DNA from: the human T2T-CHM13v2.0 reference genome, Homo sapiens
Length of the DNA stretch: 64,000 nucleotides
Direction of reading: 5' to 3'
Assembly: GCA_009914755.4 (NCBI GenBank)
Contig: CP068257.2
Coordinates: 35,968,001-36,032,000 of the forward strand
Shown here piece after piece: positions 54,426 through 64,000 of this stretch (the stretch's first letter is position 1; each line of letters starts with the position of its first letter). The notes under the pieces are model-generated. The model made no database searches, was not told the origin of the DNA, and saw only the letters and a list, made by a program, of their open reading frames with translations. Both the position numbers and the translations under genes were made by a program.

Positions 54426-55664
54426 TTCCTGTGTCTCCTTCTGTAAAAATAAGCAAAGCAAACATATATGCATACACGTTCTTGTTTCCCAGTCTTTTCC
54501 CATGGAAACAATGTTTCAGAACAAGAAACTGAATAATAGGTTCCTTCTGCTAAAGTAATTTGAAATCACTTAATGCATTCATTTCATTTTACAGAGCACA
54601 GTCTCCTCAATGAAGCCTAGGGGCCACACTACAGGAGTGGGAGGCACACAGGCCTGGGTTTGAATCTTGGCTGCTTGGAATGGCTGTGGGACCTAGGACA
54701 GGCTACTTCACCTCTCTCACTTCCTCATCAGTCACATGGGGAAAACAATGACCAGATTATAGGTGCTATCACATCAATGTGAAGCATCACATGTGAAAGT
54801 ACTCAACACATGGCTCTGCCTGAGGACACCACTAGGGATGCTCTTAATTCCCTTCCTTTCCTTGGTCAAATGTAAAAGCAACAGCTGACCTTTCTTGTAG
54901 AATTAGCCTCATTGATCAATAGCGTTTGTCCCTTACATCATATGTTTTGTTGTTTGTTGATTCTTTCAAGTGGAATAAAAACCTCCACAGGGAAAGATCT
55001 GGTGATGCCATGTCTTGGCTTCCTATTGATGTCAGGGTTTACTTCACATATACTTGTTCTTTGGACATTTCAAAATACTCTTTGATGCGTGGTATTTAAA
55101 GAGTCGCCCTTCATTTCATTGTCCCTCATTATTCTGCATTTTTCAGGCACTGGTTCTTAACTTTTTGAGGCAAGGACCCTTTTGGGAATCTGATGAAACT
55201 CATAGATCCTCTTCTCTTAAAATATACATGCATTCCAAAGTTTCCCAATGATCAGGTGCTCATGAACTCACTAAAGCCCATAGGATCCCAGGTTCAAATA
55301 AAACAAAGGAAAGCAGAAGTAGAAGAATAAAACAACTCTTCCAGGGTTAAGTGCGTGCATGCATGTAATGGGGAGGAGGTTTAAGAAAAAGTAGGGAATA
55401 GGAAGAGGGAATTTACTTAAGCTGCAACTGGGTTATAGGAACCTCACACACTTTCACAGTATCCAGTGCTCACCCCATCAGAATCTTTTTCACCAAATTG
55501 TAACTGTCAATACTTGTCTGTATCTCTCTCAAGTCTGGGGATGGGGGTTTCTGTGGGCAGGAGCTCTGTCTTGGCCACAATTTTATCTCCATTCCATAGT
55601 ATAGTATTTGGCTATATGTCTAATAAATAATGGCTAAATGAGTAAAAAGACCCAGCTGGTAATA

Positions 55665-55745
55665 ATTTCATTTATTTGTTCATCATGTATTTATTGAGAA
55701 TCTATTATGTGTCAGGCACTTTGATGGGTTCTGAGAACAGAATGA
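55665..55745 (-). mobile_element. MIR-like fragment
   Basis: 'catttatttgttcatcatgtatttattgagaatctattatgtgtcaggcactttgatgggttctgagaacag' resembles the antisense MIR 3' region. Confidence 0.4.
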
Positions 55746-58204
55746 TGACTTGGTCCTCGGATTCATTGGATGTATAGTCTACTGAGAATCCGAATAAATA
55801 TAAAGTTACTCCTGTGATAAATGCAATGAAGTAAAGGTGGATTATCCTATGAGACTGTAAAAAAGGACTGTATTTGGTCTTGTGTGCAAATTAGTAAAAA
55901 TGTCTCCCTGAGGATGTGACATTTGAGCTAAGATTTGAAGGATGGATAAGGCAACGTGTGGGGTAAGGGTGAATGCCCTACAAGCAGAGGGAACAGCATT
56001 TGCAGGGGGAAGAGCTGTTGTAGGAAGGCTCCTTGGGTGTTCAAGAAGCTGAAAGTAGACGAGTGTGTTTGGGGGATGGGCAGGGGGAGCTTTTGGTACC
56101 AAATGAAAACACTGCTCTGACTGCAGAGGAGAAAACGACTTGGAGGAGGACAAAGTAAGCAGATGTGGGGGAAATAGAAAGCTGCTTCAATTGCACAAAG
56201 AAGAAATTATAGTATTGGGACTAGAACAGAAGTGATGAAGATAGGGAGACTGAAATGGATTCAAGACATATTTAGGAGGTCAAGTAGACAGACCTCTGTA
56301 ACGAATTATTCATGAGGGCCAGTTAGAGGGAAGAGCCGAGAAGGACACCCAGGTTTCTGGCATGGGCAACAGGACGGATGGATGGTGGTGCCACTGGGAA
56401 TCTTGAATGCAGGAAGATGATACGTTTGGTTTTGGACATGTTTACATTGTTGTGGCTTTGACACATGCAAGAATATTGAGCAGGCCATCGGGATAACCAA
56501 ATCTCAGATCTACAGAAGAGGCCTTGGTTAGACATACACAGTGGGGATATCAGTGGCATATGGATGATAACAGAAGCCTGGGAGGGGGCGAGATTGCCTA
56601 GGGAGGGTCAAATGAGAAGGAAAGGCTGAGCAGGAGACAAAGCCTGTGAAAACGTAACATCTGATGGGCAGGAGAAGGGGGATGAGCCTGTCCAGGATGT
56701 TGAAAGAGAGAGGCTGGAGAGGCAGTAGAAGATCCGGAGAGCAAAGGGCGGCAGAAGCCACGTGAGGAGGATATTTCAGGAAGAGCAAGTGGTTAACGCT
56801 GTCAGAAAATGCTAAAAGAGAAAACTGCCGCAAACTGAACAATATGCATTGGATTCAAACATGGTGGTCAGAGCTGAGGGGTAAAGAGGGAGCCAGTGAG
56901 GTGGTTTGAGAAGTGTTTGAGGTGAGGAGGTGGGAAGTCAATATAGAAAAGTTTCTCAAGAATCTGACCCCGAAGATAGGGGAGAAGGCAAAAGTTAGCA
57001 AGGGATATGGGGTTGGGTGAGTTCTGAAAGCCGTGAGGCATCCGACCATGTTTAAACATGGCTGAGAAAGGCTCTGTTTGAGTGGGTGTGGCTCCATCTA
57101 CAGGTAGGGGAGGAGGTGATCAACTATTTAAGGTTCTGGAGAGATGGGTGAGGCTGGGAGAAGGAAGTTTGGCTTAAAAATTTAAAAACTTTCTACTAAA
57201 ACAAAAAAAGATACTTATAACTAAAATGTCTTCATCATGAAAGATAAAAGCAGGATCTGTGATCCTGAGCATGCCCTCTGGTGAGTTGACAAGTCTTGGG
57301 AAAGCTTATGTGATATTATTGCTCTGTGTAGCTGAAACATAAACATCTATGTCAATGGACTTTATGATTCTAGTAAAAACAGACAGACCTCCAAGTTTTG
57401 AGTATGATAACTGAACAATATAGAGCTATGGGTGGTGGGGGGGACAGCTTAACAAAAGACTTAGGATCTTTTTGATGGACAACAGGCATATAGTTGGGCA
57501 ATTTTCATGGATCTATGGGCTCCAGTCCTAGTATGTTTACCACTGGTGTTAAAGGCAGGTATTGTGCTTTTGAGAAGACAAAAGCTCCTAGGAAACTCTG
57601 TCTACATTGTTTCTGTAGCAGTCAAGTGGAAAAAACAGTAGAGGCAAACCCTCTATGATGGTCTCATCTTAATTACCTAGCCCTTCATGAAACCAGGAGC
57701 TCAGGGAAGCCACCCTGTGGACAGGAAACAGACTGGCCATCAGACCAAGACACTCAGAGCCAAGGGACCTGGTAAGAGTGAGTGCAGTGGTTTCAGAGCT
57801 CCTGTTGTGGGCAAACTCACTGGACTGGCCCTGCCTCTACCCTTGCTCCTGGAAAAGGAAGAATGCCTTTAGCTGGGCCCTGAAGAATGGGCAAGGGGTG
57901 GGTAGCTGGAGGGGCCAGGGAGTTGCTGCACGGGAGTCGGACCAATGTGTGTCAGGGTCTCTATCTATTGTTTGCAAACAAGCTCTGGACTAAGGTGATA
58001 CCACCCAGATGTGGACACCTGAGGAAAAGCTAAATTTGTCATCCTGTGCAAACTATTGGTCTCCCACAATCCCCTGTGACCCCTTAGGTCTCTAGACCTC
58101 CCTTTGCCACACATTTGCATCTGGGCAATTATCCAGGAAGGTGAAAGTGAATAGAAAGGTCTCCTGAAGGCAGAGGGTTACTAGAGAGAAAGAAGTTTAG
58201 ACCT

Positions 58205-58770
58205 AAAAACAGAAATATCAATCGACCCAGCAGTCCCATTACTGGGTACATACCCAGAGGAATATAAATTTTTCTGTTACAAAGACACATGCATGTGTAG
58301 GTTCATTGCAGCACTATTCACAATAGCAAAGACATGAAATCAACCTAAATGCCTATCAATTGTGGATTGGATAAAGAAAATGTGGTACATATACACCATG
58401 GAATACTATGCAGCCATAAAAAAGAATGAGATCATGTTCTTTGCAGGAACATGGATGGAGCTGGAGGGCATTATCCTCAGCAAACTCATGCAGAAACACA
58501 AAACCAAATACCACATGTTCTCACTTAAAAGTGGGAGCTAAATTATGAGAACTCATGAACACATAGAGGGGAACAACACACACTGGGGCCTGGTGGAGGG
58601 CAGAGGGTGGAGGAGGGAGAGGATCAGGAAAAATAACCAATGGGTGTTAGGCTTAATACCTGGCTAATAAAATAAGCTGTATAAAAAATCCCCATGACGC
58701 AAGTTTACCTATACAACAAACCTGCACATGTACCCCTGAACTTAAAATAAAAGTTAAAAAAAGGAGAACT
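58205..58770 (+). mobile_element. L1PA-type L1 3'-end fragment (ORF2 C-terminus + 3'UTR + A-tail)
   Basis: '…ccagcagtcccattactgggtacatacccagaggaatataaatttttctgttacaaagacacatgcatgtgtaggttcattgcagcactattcacaatagcaaagacatgaaatcaacctaaatgcctatcaat…gggagctaaattatgagaactcatgaacacatagaggggaacaacacacactggggcc…acctgcacatgtacccctgaacttaaaataaaagttaaaaaaa' is the canonical primate L1 3' end. Confidence 0.85.
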
Positions 58771-59460
58771 TTTACTGATTTGTCAAAGCATATAATGCCA
58801 TATAATACCTATTAAAACAACTTTTGGTTCCCCAAACCGAGATTTGCCTCTGTGGTATAAGATGCATGTGTCTAAGGCTTGATTTAGTAACTGGGTAATT
58901 TACTTGTTGGAAGGAAATAGAACGTGTAAACCTCTCCCCCCGACATATTTTTAGGTCTATGAATCTGACTGATATTTCACAAGTATAGAGAAACTGGAGA
59001 AATTAAACTAAAAATTAAACACAGCTTACGCCTGGCCTAGCTATAGTTCACTTTTATTGCCTTTTCATAATTGTTTACGTTCTCATTAATTTTGCACCTC
59101 GGGAGCCACATTTGATCAATTTGCAGAGTGATAAAATGTCGCCATTCTCTGAGGACCAGTTTGTACCCTGCTTTGTTAATAGCCTGTCAAAAGGAAATGC
59201 CTTGAGCGTGTTTTAAATTCTTCTTAAAGTTAAGGGAGACTGGCGAAACAATAGCCGGACTTCCTGCCCTCCCTCCTCACCTCCGCATCCTTTCTAAAAG
59301 ATTCCAAGGTGCCCTTCTCATGGGGAGGAGGGCTGATGAGCAAGGGAAGAAGAAAGGAGAGCATCACTGGTTGCAAGAAAACAGGTGGGTTTTTTTTTTT
59401 TTTGTGAAAAAACAGACTTTAAAGAATTTTGAACCAAAAGCAATAGATTTTTTAAAACAA

Positions 59461-59770
59461 GGCTGGGTATGGTGGCTCAAACTCGTAATCCCAGCAATTT
59501 GGGAGGCTGAGGCAGGAGGATCATTTGAGGCCAGAGTTAGAGACCAGCCTGGGCGACATAAAGAGACCTTGTCTCTACATAAAATAAAACAAATTTAGCT
59601 GGGTGTGGTCCCAGCTACTCAGGAGGGGAGGCTGAATAGGGAGGATTGCTTGAACCCCAGAGGTCGAGGCTGTGGTGAGCCATGATTGCACTACTGCACT
59701 CCAGCCTAGGCAATACAGCAAGACTCTGTCTTTAAAAACAAACAAATAAAAACAAATAAACAAAAAAACC
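59461..59770 (+). mobile_element. Alu (older, AluJ/S-like), sense
   Basis: 'ggctgggtatggtggctcaaactcgtaatcccagcaatttgggaggctgaggcaggaggatcatttgaggccagagttagagaccagcctgggcgacataaagagaccttgtctc…gcactccagcctaggcaatacagcaagactctgtctttaaaaacaaacaaataaaaacaaataaacaaaaaaacc'. Confidence 0.85.
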
Positions 59771-61026
59771 AAACAAGCTCCTTACAGAGTGACTCACAAA
59801 TCCAGCACCAGGAAGATGATAAAATAGAGACATATTTATCGAAGCAACCACATCTTCTCGTGGGTCATCTAATGAAGGCAGTCTTAAATTGAAATAGTGG
59901 GCAAATTTGGAAAAGTAAATGTAGTTTGCATCCTCCATGTTTGTGAAGGTCTGTGGATCTTGGTGGCAGTGAAGTGTTTGAACCATGTTTAATAGGGAAG
60001 TTTTGTCCCAGAGGTTCTAAGCCATTCTGCCTAGGCTGCTCTGGGGCTGCGGTGACCCTGGAACGGGTGAGCACCCAGTGGTATCCCAGGTACCAGTGTT
60101 CCTTTGGTGGTAGCTACTAGACTAGAAAATATTACTTGTAGAGTCACGTAGCAGCCTTTTCCAGAGCTTCTTCATAAATCTGATTCATTTTTACTATTAG
60201 AGCTGTCTCAAGAGGTCCAGAGTCCAGTGCACAGCCTCTCTTGTGATCTGCTGGAAGTCCCTCACTCTTCGACTAACAGTGAACAGTTAATAAAACGGGG
60301 GTAAAAATCCACTTATGACTCTGTTAAGGAACTCTCACCCTTTCTTCACACTTGGAATCTTTCCTGACTTGTGGAAAATTTGGTTTGGTTTATAGAATGT
60401 GAGACAAGCCTTCTGAATTCGTACATCCTCGTAAATGTATGCGTAATACATTTAGAAGTCAGAGAGTCTCCTTCAGTCCAAGTCTAGTTTTGAAGTATTT
60501 ATTTCAAGTGTATATATCAACGGATCTCTACATTCCTACATTAACTGGGGTAATGTAACCTAGGAGAGTTTAGCATTTCAAATATTTTTTATATATATTT
60601 CATAAGAAATATTTTCAGGAACAAATGAAAACTTGGTGTGGCAAAATAAACCCCCACCACGCTACATCCCTTGGCTCACAAATCACCACCATGTGCCCAA
60701 GTTCTGTCCTGTGAAATTCTAGTAATAACAGGATTATCTCATCAATTTATATTCACACCTGTAGCTTGTTATTATCCCGGGGTGACATGAGATCCTTGTA
60801 GCTTAATCATTTATTTGGCTCAGGCTTTTAAAGACGAGCGGGAGCTGAGTAACAGCACTGTGTGCCTCTCTGGGCTAATCTCTGTCATCTCAACACACTG
60901 TTTTCCCTCTAGGGAGGGTTGGCATGTTCCAGTTCCAGCAGCCGGTGTGCCGGGCGATGTTCAGCAGAGCCAGAGAGCAGGAACAGCAGGTACCAGAATC
61001 CTGGGTCACGGTGCAGTTTCAGTTAG

Positions 61027-61339
<313 letters not shown>

Positions 61340-63216
61340 AAGTTTCAGTTAGTTTAGTTTCAACAGCAGCTCTTCCAAGGTGGTGGAAATAGACTGTGTG
61401 TAGGGATCAGAGCGACGGGGAGGGATGGAGCCCTTTCATCTGTCCTATTTTGAGGAAGACAAGTCATGTATTAAATGAAGTAATACATGAGGATATAGCA
61501 CAGGGCAGAACATGTAACATGTTCTTCATGACATCACTTATTATGCATGGGCTATTATTGGTATCCTTATTATAACTTGAAGGGGCTGACTTAATTCTTA
61601 CTTTTTAGCTCATTTCTTTGGATCCATGAGGTTTTTTGGTCTTACTTCTAAGAGTGTCCTATTAGACATAAAGACTTGGCCGACAGATGTGTGTATGAGT
61701 AGGGTCGGGATGGAGGGGAAGCTGTATTTTGTGTCTATGTCAGAAACGGCTTAGTTCTGGGTTAGTGTCTTAACCATGTCTTTTATTTTCTGTATTCTGA
61801 TCCTTTGACATCTGAGGCTGTGCTGACCCAATTGCCAGAGACCAGTAAACAACATTTGCCCATGGAATCACTTTTCAGATGCAAACCAATGGCTCCAGGG
61901 TCCATACCCCCAATCACTTCTCTCATGAAGCTCTCTCACTCCAGGCCATGATCCACTCACCTTAATCCCCCCCAGAGTTAGGCCTCAAACATTAGGGACA
62001 GTCTCCATGCTCCAGAGTCTGCTGAAATGATCCAAACTAGCCCATCCTAAGCCTGCTGACCAGCATCATCCATTCCTTCTCATGGAAACCATGATAAGGG
62101 GTCTTGCCCACAGCTTCCCTCCCTTGTTCCCTCCTGGCTGACAGGGTGCTTCCTCATGTGGAACACCTCTGCCCCCCCATGACATGGTGTGGCCCCGACT
62201 TTGGGAACTGTGAGTAACAAACACCTCAGCAGAGCTTTGTGGCAGCAGAGGCAGCATCTATACCTTGGTTTATGTTGATATTGCGTGGAAAATGGCACTG
62301 CTAACACTGATTGCATTTCCTGGACCTCAAGTTGGGACAAGCAGTCTGAGCTGGCAGAATGTGTCAGAAGTCATGCCTGTGATCCGTGACTGTTCTGAGG
62401 CTGCAGGAAGCCTTTCCAGCCTGGGTTAGCCAGGAGTGAGCTGGGCTGCTGCTACCACTGACCCTCATCAGACAGCCCAGGGAGGGGGACATCAGGCTGA
62501 AGCACAGCTGGTAGGGGTGGCATTTCTGAGCATGCAGGTGTAAAACGGGGGAGGAATCTACAGGGGAGGAGGCTGTGCCCCTGAGGGCATAGGCTGCAAT
62601 CACTGAGGCCAGGGAGCTCTGTCTACAGAGCTGTGGGCCGTGGAGGGGAGGAAGTCTTGCAAGTAGCTGGGCCTTGTCACTCAAACCTTCATGAATGGCA
62701 CCTGCTGGCTGAACTCTTGGACTTCTCGGAAAGATGATGGGGAAAGCTGTGGTCTGTAAGGTTTACCTTTCCTCTGGGGAATGCTACTGGCACACGTTAT
62801 AGACATCAACATTTTAGCTGCTAACCCTGGAGAGCTGGTCTGGGATCTCCATGGGATGTCATCTTGCTAATATTTAGAGTGGGGGACAAAATCCAGAATA
62901 GATTATTTCCTTTCCTGGATACTTTAATTTCACTTGTAACCAAATTGCCAATAGGTGCATTTTCTCCTAACCAAATTGCCAATAGGTGCAAGTTTAAAAT
63001 GACTTCTCTTGGAATAGACAGTCTTAATTTTATTATGCTGCTTCTTGGAGTGTGGATGCCACCTGACAAAATGATGAAAATTAACCTTCTTCCTGCTATT
63101 TCTTGGGGTCAGTCATTTGTCCAATCACATCACACTGAACTCATTACTTTGGGTTTTTAAAGTTTTTTTTAAAACTGCAGATATTTAAATCAGGTCACCT
63201 ACAGAAAGGGAGTTTA

Positions 63217-63530
63217 GGCCAGGCGCGGTGGCTCATGCCTGTAATCCCAGCACTTCGGGAGGCTAAGGCGGGCAGATCACCTGAGGTCAGGAATTCGAGA
63301 CAAGCCTGGCCAACATGGTGAAACCCCGTCTCTACCAAAAATACAAAAATTAGCTGGGTGTGGTGGCGGGTGCCTGTAATCCCAACTACTCGGGAGGCTG
63401 AGGCAGAAGAATCACCTGAACTTCGAAGGTGGAGGCTGCAGAGTGCTGAGATTGTGCCATTGCACTCCAGCCTGGGTGACAGAGTGAGACTCCATCTCAA
63501 AAAAAAAAAAAAAAAAAAAAGAAAGAAAAA
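63217..63530 (+). mobile_element. AluS, sense, with 13-bp TSD
   Basis: 'ggccaggcgcggtggctcatgcctgtaatcccagcacttcgggaggctaaggcgggcagatcacctgaggtcaggaattcgagacaagcctggccaacatggtgaaaccccgtctctaccaaaaatacaaaaattagctgggtgtggtggcggg…' to poly-A 63500-63520. TSD 'gaaagggagttta' at 63204-63216 and 63531-63543. Confidence 0.9.
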
Positions 63531-64000
63531 GAAAGGGAGTTTATAAATCACTGTGCTTTTGCTTTCCCTCCTCCTCACTTATCTTACATTTCCTCAAGCT
63601 AACCATGGCATGTTGTGGGAGAGGCCGAGGAGTTCCGACCCAAGGAATCTTGACCTGAGATTTCTAGGAGAAGGAGGTGGTGCTGCCTCTTTCCTCTGAG
63701 GCCACCTCCAGTTGCACTAATTGTTCAATGTTGTTCCACAGACTCAGAACACATTATAATTGTATGCTTCTCAATAGGAGTTATTAATGAACATAGAATG
63801 AGAAATTGATGAAATTTTTTTTAAGTCGAAAAAGCTCTCAGCAGCAATCCCATGACGAAACCCAGGAGACAGGGCTTTCTGTAGTGGGAGGCTGTGGGCA
63901 GGAGAGTTTGTTTGCAAGAGGCTGTCTGCGGCACCACCGCGATGTAGCCAGACCCCGCATCACCTTTGCTAGGCTGTGCCTTGCTGACATTTCTGCAGGT

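Overview
This window is primate (human-type) nuclear DNA, not a prokaryotic locus. Roughly half of it is interspersed repeats: at least 19 Alu copies (several near-consensus AluY with intact target-site duplications), multiple L1 fragments, MaLR LTRs (MLT1, THE1/MST), MIR, a Tigger1 derivative and a partial HERV-H provirus. The one clear protein-coding feature is a minus-strand exon at 39529-39854. Its translation matches from memory, residue for residue, the C-terminal 107 aa of GIRK2/Kir3.2 (KCNJ6, a chr21q22 gene), ends in the PDZ ligand -ESKV, and has a canonical splice acceptor immediately upstream. On that reading, 39855-64000 is the large KCNJ6 intron upstream of the last coding exon, and 1-39528 is 3'UTR and downstream sequence. 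The large upstream KCNJ6 coding exon is not in the window. Points that merit a second look: (1) a 3'-truncated HERV-H provirus (LTR7 + tRNA-His PBS + gag/pro/pol remnants, 2306-6900) in the same orientation as KCNJ6, embedded in an MLT1 LTR and carrying an AluY with perfect 15-bp TSDs; (2) an ~865-bp strand-asymmetric (CCAT/CACC)n repeat whose complementary strand is G-run rich; (3) a ~490-bp (GT)n-rich complex repeat with Z-DNA potential; (4) a ~230-bp (GGAA/GAAA)n microsatellite grown from an Alu A-tail; (5) nested and interrupted repeat insertions with intact TSDs that give a relative chronology. I found no CRISPR arrays, operons, tRNA/rRNA genes or any organised multi-gene system. The prompt's hint of an undescribed system is not borne out by the sequence. 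All family calls rest on my recall of consensus sequences; no database search was possible.
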